Positions 7,644-14,706 of a stretch of 15,725 nt of DNA are shown piece after piece. Position 1 is the first letter of the stretch; each line of letters starts with the position of its first letter. The DNA is from Candidatus Kapaibacterium sp. (GTDB lineage Bacteria; Bacteroidota; Ignavibacteria; Palsa-1295). The stretch spans positions 1-15,725 of the forward strand of contig JBBSDW010000082.1 in NCBI GenBank assembly GCA_038240295.1. The letters are read 5' to 3'. The notes under the pieces are model-generated. The model was not told the DNA's origin. It made no database searches and saw nothing but the letters and a program-made list of their open reading frames with translations. The translations under genes and the position numbers were made by a program.

Positions 7644-9988
7644 TGAGAATCTCAGGAATGCAAATTTTCAGCAGTCTGCAATTGCGGCAAGCCCCACGCT
7701 GGGCCTTGTTTGCGATCGTACTTCTGGCTGGCTGCATTCAGCACACGTTCGATCCGCAGCAGCTTAATCTGCATACGGTGGTCATCCAGACGCTAAAATC
7801 AACAGGGGCGGCTGCGAAAAATGTCGATGTCGCGCTCTTCGATGATAACACGACAACCGCCAACGAAATCTTTTCTGGAAATACCGGCGACTCGGGCGCG
7901 GTATCGATTCGGCTTGAGATCCCAACTTTCGGCCATAGCTATTCGCTAAGGATCAAGAAAAACGATGCGCTCGGCCAACTCATTTTCGCGCGGACGATCT
8001 ATCCGCTCAATCTGAAGTGCGTCGATACGCTGATCCAGATCGTGGTGCCGGAGGCCGACACGACCGTGCAGCGCGATTCCGTTTGCGGCCAGGATGTTCA
8101 GCGAACGTTAACATTCTTTGCCTGTGCTGACACTGAGGTAACACAAGCCTACACGCTCACAAACTGTTCGAACGCACCATATGTGGTGACAGCGAGCAAA
8201 TTTATTCTCGGCTCGCCATTTTCAGTCACCCCGGCTTCAGCCACGATTGCGCCTGGTCTTTCACAGCAGTTCACGATCACCTACGATGGACGAGGTCAAA
8301 CGGCGGACGCGAGCGCAAAACTTACGCTGACAACCACACCAGCCTCCGGCAATGTAACGCTCATTCTCATCGGCCATTTGCGACACGATTGCACGACGCC
8401 GACGCAGCAGATCGTTTGCGGTCAAAACGGAATTTCCGATGTGGTTCGCTTTGGTACTGTTTGCCAAAACGAAGTCACCGGCGCTGAATGTGTATCGCTT
8501 ACAAATACGAATCCAAGCGCTATTACGGTGAGCTTCCCGCAGGCGCCGATCCCGTTTAGTTACGTCGTGACCGATAATGCCGGCGCACAGCACGATGCCT
8601 CGCAGCCGCTCGTACTCAAGCAGGGAGAAAGTGTGACACTCTGCTTTTCGATCGATCCGCTTACTTCCGGTCTGATCAATGCGGATCTAAAATTGCCAAT
8701 GATCTGCGAGGGAAATCCTACGACGTTCACGTACGATATTCCACTCTTGGCGGTCTCGAAGATTTGCAACAATTGCCTTTGCACCGATTATTTCCACGAT
8801 CCGGTCGTGCTTGCGACGAATGTGAAAACGGGCGGCGATACCACCATCACGATCGAGATCTATCGTAACGATCTCAATTGCCCCGTGACGATCGATAAGG
8901 TTGCGCTTGTCGATGCGCTCTCCGAATGGACACTCGTTTCCGTAACACCTGCAGTACCGACGGTCGTGCCGACGGGAAGCCCAGTGACAGCTACGCTGAA
9001 ATTTCATGCGACGCATGCAGGAGCAAATATCGATCATCTTCATTTCAGCATTCTTCCTCAGGGCGCTACAACTCCGTGCACCGGCGAGATCATGCTAAAA
9101 GGGACGGGATGCAACGCAGCATGCGCCGCTGTCCTCATGCCGCCTGAGTGGTTGCCGAGTCCTCTTCCAAACGGACTCGACACATTGTTCTTTACCCAGA
9201 ATGGCGTTCCGCTCGTGTTTGTGAGCACCGCTGGAAGTTCGAGTATAAGCGATGAAGAGTGCATCACACTAAAGATGCCCGACACCGCATGCTCTGCTTC
9301 GACGTTCACGATCGTGCCACCGCGGAGTGCAATGTGGAGTGTGGCTACCACGCCTTCGCCATTGGTACTTGCTCCAGGCGCGATTGCGACCGTTTGCGTT
9401 CGCTTCACCGCTCCCGTGATCGATGAGGTCAGAAAAGATTTTACCCAGGCCGGACTTGAATTAAAGTATACAGACCTCCTGAAGATCATCGATCCGAATG
9501 GCTGCATGAAGAATGTACCGCTCAAGGCTGTGGTCGATACGCTGCCCGAATGTAAGGAATTTGATCTTGCACAGTACGGCTTTATCGGCTCGCAAAACGT
9601 GGTCTATCGTGAAATTTATTCGTTCGGCGGCGGAAGGCAGGACAACGTTCCGGCAGCGACAGGCGGCGCGCCGTCGTTCGGCGATATCTATCTTAAGAAC
9701 GCAACGCTCTTTAGCAGCGTCTCTGGCAACACGCCCCCAGGATTCTTCTTCTGGAAGAACAGCCAGACGCCGATCTGCAATAATATTCAGACAGTCACAT
9801 CGAGCCTGACTACGCTTGGACCTGCCGGACTAAGCTACACGTCAACGCTCACACTCGCCCAATATGATTGGATCGTCGTGAAAGTGACAGCAGGGACGTA
9901 TGCAGTGATCCAGGTAACGGCGACCTATCTTGATGGATTCAACATCCCTCATGCGGTCTGCTCGGTCATTTATCCATTTTATTACTGA
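7643..9988 (+). CDS. Large Cys-rich lipoprotein (~780 aa) composed of at least four tandem Ig-like/ASH-like (choice-of-anchor-D-like) beta-sandwich domains
   Basis: The start ATG 7643 overlaps the upstream stop (ATGA). Lipobox ...FAIVLLAGC. Internal protein repeats, e.g. VCGQDVQRTLTFFAC...TLTNCSNAPYVV...IAPGLSQQFTITY...KLTLTT against VCGQNGISDVVRFGTVC...SLTNTNPSAITV...LKQGESVTLCFSI...DLKL. About 30 Cys. No T9SS C-terminal domain. Confidence 0.75.
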   Translation: MRISGMQIFSSLQLRQAPRWALFAIVLLAGCIQHTFDPQQLNLHTVVIQTLKSTGAAAKNVDVALFDDNTTTANEIFSGNTGDSGAVSIRLEIPTFGHSYSLRIKKNDALGQLIFARTIYPLNLKCVDTLIQIVVPEADTTVQRDSVCGQDVQRTLTFFACADTEVTQAYTLTNCSNAPYVVTASKFILGSPFSVTPASATIAPGLSQQFTITYDGRGQTADASAKLTLTTTPASGNVTLILIGHLRHDCTTPTQQIVCGQNGISDVVRFGTVCQNEVTGAECVSLTNTNPSAITVSFPQAPIPFSYVVTDNAGAQHDASQPLVLKQGESVTLCFSIDPLTSGLINADLKLPMICEGNPTTFTYDIPLLAVSKICNNCLCTDYFHDPVVLATNVKTGGDTTITIEIYRNDLNCPVTIDKVALVDALSEWTLVSVTPAVPTVVPTGSPVTATLKFHATHAGANIDHLHFSILPQGATTPCTGEIMLKGTGCNAACAAVLMPPEWLPSPLPNGLDTLFFTQNGVPLVFVSTAGSSSISDEECITLKMPDTACSASTFTIVPPRSAMWSVATTPSPLVLAPGAIATVCVRFTAPVIDEVRKDFTQAGLELKYTDLLKIIDPNGCMKNVPLKAVVDTLPECKEFDLAQYGFIGSQNVVYREIYSFGGGRQDNVPAATGGAPSFGDIYLKNATLFSSVSGNTPPGFFFWKNSQTPICNNIQTVTSSLTTLGPAGLSYTSTLTLAQYDWIVVKVTAGTYAVIQVTATYLDGFNIPHAVCSVIYPFYY

Positions 9989-10000
9989 TCACTGAGTGCC

Positions 10001-11899
10001 ATGAAACACTTCGCGATCATTCTTACGCTCGGCCTCATCGTTGGCTCGATACTCGACGGTTGCTCCGGGTCGTCCGCACTTTCGCCCAACGCTGGCGAAC
10101 GTTGCGAATCGCCTTCGAAAAAAGAGGGGAATGTTGGTAATGTGATCAACTCGGCGACCGATGATTACGCGCCGAAGTTTATCGGCAACCGGTTGATCTA
10201 TTCAACAGGTATACACATCGCGGGAAAGCATCCCAAGGATCTTCAATCGGAATTCGCAAGTTCCGATCACAGCGGCAATTTTACGCAGGGACGCGTCAAT
10301 CGAGGCTGGGCCCAGGGGCAGTTGCTCGGTTCATCGCCATTCCAGGGGATCCCGCTCGATCTCAACGAGGGCGCATTCGATGTATTGCCCGACAAACATT
10401 ACGGAGTCTTTGCTGCCGAGCGATTGACGGGCGGCGGTGGCCAGTCGTCGCTGATGGATCTCTATGAAGTGCAGTTGAACGATCAGTTTCATGCAACGAG
10501 CACACCCGAACCGATCGCGGGCGTCAACGATCCGGAAGCATGGGATAGCCAGCCTACTTTGAGCGAAGATGGCAATACGCTTTATTTCGTAAGCGATAGA
10601 AATATCTCCGGCAGCGGACCAAGAGGCAATCAACATATCTGGCGTTCAACGCGAAATGGTGGAGCATGGTCGCGACCGATGCTTTTGCCAAAACCATTCA
10701 CATCTACGGGCAACGATGTTTCGCCGAATGTTGGACCCGATGGTTATTTCTATTTTTCATCAGACGGTTCGCCCGATGGTTTGGCCGTGCCAGAAGGAAT
10801 GGGTAGGCGCGATATCTATCGTGTGCCGATCATGAATGGTGAACTTGATGGTACGCCCGAGCGGCTCCCCGCACCCTTCAACTCACCGCAGGACGACGAT
10901 TTTCCGTTCGTCACTCGCGACAAACAATGGATGTTTCTTGCAAGCGATCGCGATTCAGGTTGCGGTCGCCGCGATATCTACGCTTTTCCTGTGCCTGTTT
11001 CGATTCATCTTGCAGGTATCGTGACGCAGACAGTTGAGACCGACGAAGGCTTTGGGCCGGCGCAGGGCATTCAGACGAATCTCTACATCGACGATCACAC
11101 GGCGAACAAACGCTATTCGATCCAGACGACGCAGAAGGGCGAATACGAGGTGCTCCTCAGGCCCGACCACCAATATACCGTAAGCGTTGCCGATTTCGGA
11201 TGCGCCGATCAAACCGGTGCGAGCAGCGTAGATGCCGTTCGCCCGAATGGCTGGGACACTACCTACGTTAGAAATTTTGCGTTGAAACGTAATACGATCA
11301 GTATCGTGCTTGGCAAGCAAAGCAATGTTCCTTTTTTCATCACCGGTTACTGGCGGCCGAATACTGCGGAAAATCTTGCAGCATTCAAACTCCGCAGAGT
11401 AACCGACACGGCCTTCGCGCACATTATTTATATCGACCCGACCGATTACAATTACGAGCAGGGCAGCGCAGAGGTCGATCAGATCTTCGAGAAACAGGTC
11501 TATCGCCCTATCCTCGATTCGATCCTGCCGTTGCTCGGTACTGCATGCTACGATTCAAATTACATCCTTCATCTCAACGTCGAAGGCTATACCGATAAGG
11601 ATTGCATCCACACCGACCGCTATCTCGATCAGAATGTTGCCGACAACGAGATCCCAGTCAACAACGGTGATATGATGGACGGACCCGAGTGCGGCAACAA
11701 AAAGCTTTCGATCCTTCGCGCATATTTTGCGAAGGAAATGATCAAGGAGCATTTGATGCAGGATCCGAAGTTTGCAGCCTACTATAATCAGGGCCGCATT
11801 AAGATCACCTCACATGGCCGAGGGATCGATCACACGGTCAAGAGCAACCAGGGCTTTAACCGGCGTGTCGACGTGACCGCCGAGGTCGAGCGCCGTTGA
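10001..11899 (+). CDS. Lipoprotein with PD40/TolB-like beta-propeller repeats, a carboxypeptidase-regulatory-like domain and a C-terminal OmpA-like peptidoglycan-binding domain. This is the PorE-like architecture of a T9SS component, lacking the N-terminal TPR region.
   Basis: Lipoprotein signal MKHFAIILTLGLIVGSILDGC. PD40-like repeats (DDYAPKFIGNRLIYS, WDSQPTLSEDGNTLYFVSDR, DVSPNVGPDGYFYFSSDG, DDDFPFVTRDKQWMFLASDR...RRDIYAF). A carboxypeptidase-regulatory-like stretch (LAGIVTQTVETDEGFGPAQGIQTNLYI...TTQKGEYEVLLRPDHQYTVSVADFGC). An OmpA_C-like end (NVEGYTDKD...NKKLSILRAYFAKEMI...NRRVDVTAEV). Starts 12 bp after the previous gene. Confidence 0.8.
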   Translation: MKHFAIILTLGLIVGSILDGCSGSSALSPNAGERCESPSKKEGNVGNVINSATDDYAPKFIGNRLIYSTGIHIAGKHPKDLQSEFASSDHSGNFTQGRVNRGWAQGQLLGSSPFQGIPLDLNEGAFDVLPDKHYGVFAAERLTGGGGQSSLMDLYEVQLNDQFHATSTPEPIAGVNDPEAWDSQPTLSEDGNTLYFVSDRNISGSGPRGNQHIWRSTRNGGAWSRPMLLPKPFTSTGNDVSPNVGPDGYFYFSSDGSPDGLAVPEGMGRRDIYRVPIMNGELDGTPERLPAPFNSPQDDDFPFVTRDKQWMFLASDRDSGCGRRDIYAFPVPVSIHLAGIVTQTVETDEGFGPAQGIQTNLYIDDHTANKRYSIQTTQKGEYEVLLRPDHQYTVSVADFGCADQTGASSVDAVRPNGWDTTYVRNFALKRNTISIVLGKQSNVPFFITGYWRPNTAENLAAFKLRRVTDTAFAHIIYIDPTDYNYEQGSAEVDQIFEKQVYRPILDSILPLLGTACYDSNYILHLNVEGYTDKDCIHTDRYLDQNVADNEIPVNNGDMMDGPECGNKKLSILRAYFAKEMIKEHLMQDPKFAAYYNQGRIKITSHGRGIDHTVKSNQGFNRRVDVTAEVERR

Positions 11900-11916
11900 T
11901 TTAAGCTATGGCGTTA

Positions 11917-13752
11917 TCAGTGCACGATGCTGATCGCGCTTCGCGCAAATCCGGCCGGCGTTCTTAACTCCGCATAATAAACGCCAGACGGAAGCTTCGT
12001 TGCATCGAAGCGTTCGAGGTGTTCGCCTGCAGTTATTTCTTTTTCGAGAACATTCGCAACCTTGCGGCCTTCGACATCGAAGATCGCGAGTGAGACGTTC
12101 GTCCGTTCGGCGAGCGAAAATCGGAATGTCGTTGAAGTGTTAAGCGGATTTGGATAATTCTCCTCGAGCGTCGCGTTTGAAGTTGGCGAACTAATACGAA
12201 CCGCACCTACCGGAGCGGCATCGATCGGCACCCAGGCAGCGTAGGGATTCGTGATGCCGTCGTTCGTTCGCTCATCGCACCAAACAGGAATCGTGTAATT
12301 ATCGGTCATGATCGTCGCCGCGTAATCGCCGACGCCGAAGGAAGCAGACTGATTTGTTGAAAATGCACCGTGATCGGATGATTTGGAGGAAACGATCTGA
12401 TTGGTAGCAAACGTAAGCCCGCCATCGTAAGAATTCGCAGTATAGGCGTTGGTGATCAGCGAATTCACATCGGTTCTTCGATCATACCAGCTGATACCGA
12501 TGATCCCCCGACGGTTCACAGCGATGCTCGGATTATAATGATCACCCAGTCTCGTCTCGACATCATCATTGACGGTTGAGGGAGCCGACCAGGTTGCCCC
12601 GTTATCGGTTGAACGAGAAAAATAAATGTTGAGCGGTGTCGTTGCAGCATTGAGCGTACCGTTGGCGCACCAGGTCAGATAAAGAAATCCGAGGTGACTT
12701 GTTTGCGAGGTATCGATCGTAAAATTCGGACACGGGTACTGCCGACCCTGTTCGATACCCGGAACGGGATGACTATCATCCAGCGAAAATCCCGGAAAAT
12801 GCACATCCACGGCTTTTTGAGCTGTCGAAAAGGTCACACCTCCATCGTTCGAAACAGAATGCCAGATCGCGAACTGACTTCCATCCTGCGATCCAAAAAA
12901 AGTGCAGTGAACACCGCCTTTTGGATCTACGACCACATTCGGAAACTGGACCATGGCAAAATTTGCACCGGCGATCAGCGAACCGAGTTGATTGAAGCTC
13001 GTCCCATTCGGGATCATTCGGCGAACCTGGATCGATGCCGTGCGATTGATCGAAACGATCGCGGCGTAAAGCGATCCGCGATAAGGAGAATTGCTCCGAT
13101 CGGCCGCGAGCCATTCTTTGTCGTATGCCTGCGAAGCGCTTTGCGTGATCGTCCCGCTCGCAACATACCCATTGGGGGCGCGAGTGAACGTGGCGCCGCC
13201 ATCCGTCGAGCTTGCCCAATAGATCTTGTTATAGTAGTAACTCTGGTTGTTTGCAAAAAAGTAAATGTCGATCCAGGCCATATAGAGCTTGCCATCAGCG
13301 CCCCAGGTGAACATCGGATCGCCGCCGCCGCCGACCAAGGTGTTCTGCTCGACCGGCAGAGGAGTGAAGCTCGATTTTTTCCATGTGCGGCCAAAATCCT
13401 TCGTGTAGTAGATCGGGCAAACAACTCCGAGGGTGCTCGCCGTATTGATCGGCGAGACGATGATATTCGTGCTGTCGGCTGGATTCATCGTCGCAAAAAC
13501 CTCTGCCTCCGCCGTGCGTTCGATATCGACATCAATCTCCCGGGGCCCGCCAAGTGTCTCACGTTTGTGTTCCGTTTCATTCGTCTTGGCAATCGCAGGA
13601 CCTCGCATCATCGAGGATTTCTCTCGAAGATACTTAGCGATAAGGCTATCGCCCATCCACATCGATTGCGCCGAAACAAGCGCAGGCAGCGATGCAAACG
13701 CGAGCACAAGGATAATTGCAACAGCAATTATACGGACAGGTGTTTTTTTCAT
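11917..13752 (-). CDS. Secreted BNR/Asp-box repeat (sialidase-like or glycoside-hydrolase-like beta-propeller) protein with a T9SS C-terminal sorting domain
   Basis: Signal peptide MKKTPVRIIAVAIILVLAFASLPALVSAQ (the ORF is open to 13800, but the 13752 ATG gives the canonical signal). Asp-boxes KDFGRTW, SSTDGGATF, SVSNDGGVTF, SRSTDNGATW, NSYDGGLTF. C-terminal domain ...NYPNPLNTSTTFRFSL...VSLAIFDVEGRKV...LPSGVYYAELRT... Confidence 0.85.
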   Translation of the reverse strand: MKKTPVRIIAVAIILVLAFASLPALVSAQSMWMGDSLIAKYLREKSSMMRGPAIAKTNETEHKRETLGGPREIDVDIERTAEAEVFATMNPADSTNIIVSPINTASTLGVVCPIYYTKDFGRTWKKSSFTPLPVEQNTLVGGGGDPMFTWGADGKLYMAWIDIYFFANNQSYYYNKIYWASSTDGGATFTRAPNGYVASGTITQSASQAYDKEWLAADRSNSPYRGSLYAAIVSINRTASIQVRRMIPNGTSFNQLGSLIAGANFAMVQFPNVVVDPKGGVHCTFFGSQDGSQFAIWHSVSNDGGVTFSTAQKAVDVHFPGFSLDDSHPVPGIEQGRQYPCPNFTIDTSQTSHLGFLYLTWCANGTLNAATTPLNIYFSRSTDNGATWSAPSTVNDDVETRLGDHYNPSIAVNRRGIIGISWYDRRTDVNSLITNAYTANSYDGGLTFATNQIVSSKSSDHGAFSTNQSASFGVGDYAATIMTDNYTIPVWCDERTNDGITNPYAAWVPIDAAPVGAVRISSPTSNATLEENYPNPLNTSTTFRFSLAERTNVSLAIFDVEGRKVANVLEKEITAGEHLERFDATKLPSGVYYAELRTPAGFARSAISIVH

Positions 13753-13830
13753 TTGATCAATGACGTCAGAAGCTAACCGATTGAGAAACCCAAGCCTCAC
13801 AGAAAAGTTACACGCGCTTTCTAGGAGTTG

Positions 13831-13855
13831 TTAGTTCTTAGGGCTTAGTTCTTAG
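13831..13855. promoter_or_regulatory. 11-bp direct repeat TTAGTTCTTAG x2 (13831-13841 and 13845-13855, period 14 bp), 80-100 bp upstream of the minus-strand BNR gene start. Candidate regulator-binding site.
   Basis: Exact repeat read directly. A second direct repeat, GGGGGATGACGCA (13858-13870) and GGGGAGATGACGCA (13914-13927), lies further upstream. Confidence 0.3.
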
Positions 13856-14002
13856 TTGGGGGATGACGCAGTCAGCACACGAATTAAGAATCCGCAGGGC
13901 GTATCTTTATTTGGGGAGATGACGCAATAGAAAGTGGCTGAATGCTCCGAGTTCTTTTTGTAGGCGATCAACTTCAGTTTGACCTTATCGGAGCACTCAG
14001 CA

Positions 14003-14383
14003 CTAAAATGCTATCGAGCCGAGACCATCGGACGAGGGCGCATTGAGGATGCCTGGACGCGGATCGGAACTGGTACGCAAAAAAAGGTACCGAGACGAAC
14101 AACGATTCTGGAAATGTAAGAGCTGATCTGCATATCGATTTAACAAAAAAAGAGCTTCTAAAAACCGGAAGTAACTTTGGGCAAATCGAGTTCTTGCCAA
14201 GACCATACCACGAAATGTTTCAACTGACTCGGATGCCTCATCTTGATCGCTAAGTGAGTGGAAAAAGGCCCAAATCCGAGCCCTATGGCCAATAATTTCA
14301 TTTTGAAGTTTTACTTGGGTTATCGACCAGTTACCATGCATCAGCCTGCCCAATTGTCGCATTGTGAAGAAATGAGATGGCAC
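14003..14383 (-). CDS. Questionable small ORF (126 aa) inside the low-GC noncoding gap. Hypothetical protein if real.
   Basis: This is the only ORF over 100 aa in a ~950-bp gap. No recognisable motifs, and the composition is atypical for the neighbouring genes. Confidence 0.15.
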   Translation of the reverse strand: MPSHFFTMRQLGRLMHGNWSITQVKLQNEIIGHRARIWAFFHSLSDQDEASESVETFRGMVLARTRFAQSYFRFLEALFLLNRYADQLLHFQNRCSSRYLFLRTSSDPRPGILNAPSSDGLGSIAF

Positions 14384-14570
14384 TTGACCTAAAATGCTTC
14401 AACACCAAACCCGAGATTTCGGCGTAAATTGGGTGAGTTGGGACGAATTCTATTAACTCACGTGAGATCGATCTTCCTGATTTCAGCCGTTGCATGGCTT
14501 TTCCTGATGGAGGCGACCATGTCGTCTTCGCAATTGAGTTGGGGGAGTAAGGATCAGCGAAGGTAACGAG

Positions 14571-14695
14571 GTGGGGTACGCTTTAGCTTGCCCCATCGAA
14601 TCGAAAAACATCGCACTTTGCATCTTGGTGTAACTCTCAGACCAAGATATCCTTGAAGCGAAAAAGTGATTGGGGCAAGCTAAAGCGTGCCCCAC
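14571..14695. repeat. ~125-bp near-perfect palindrome: 25-bp inverted-repeat arms (14571-14595 and 14671-14695, 24/25 complementary) enclosing nested inner stems (cacttt/aaagtg, and atcttggt 14622-14629 against accaagat 14641-14648)
   Basis: GTGGGGTACGCTTTAGCTTGCCCCA against TGGGGCAAGCTAAAGCGTGCCCCAC. The centre is the loop gtaactctcag. It lies 11 nt downstream of the stop of the minus-strand ferritin-like gene. Confidence 0.7.
14658..14693 (-). terminator. Candidate intrinsic terminator for the ferritin-like gene (minus strand): hairpin GGGGCA-cgcuuuagcu-UGCCCC followed by AAUCACUUUUUCG
   Basis: The proximal palindrome arm forms its own 6-bp GC-rich hairpin, 12 nt after the TAA stop. A U5 run follows 5 nt after the stem, which is a weak U-tract. 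Confidence 0.3.
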
Positions 14696-14706
14696 ATTTC
14701 TTGGGC

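Noticed and set aside
9058-9525. 155-aa ORF on the - strand, and the other small ORFs inside 7643-9988 (8261-8593, 8560-8784, 8687-9043, 8926-9147)
   Set aside because: All are embedded in or antisense to the large lipoprotein gene. Their composition is low-complexity and they have no independent support.
10955-11422. 155-aa ORF on the - strand
   Set aside because: Antisense to the PorE-like gene, whose PD40, CRD and OmpA_C motifs are continuous across this region.
12694-13776. 360-aa ORF on the + strand
   Set aside because: It lies entirely antisense to the well-supported BNR/T9SS gene. The product is Arg-rich low complexity (RRIAPIGREPFF..., RRNKRRQRCKREHK), typical of a spurious antisense ORF in GC-rich coding DNA.
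14571-14695. tmRNA-like acceptor pairing (GGGG... / ...CCCCAC)
   Set aside because: The complementarity is a 25-bp symmetric inverted repeat spanning only ~125 nt, with no tRNA-like T-arm, no tag-peptide ORF and no CCA context. It is a palindrome, not tmRNA.
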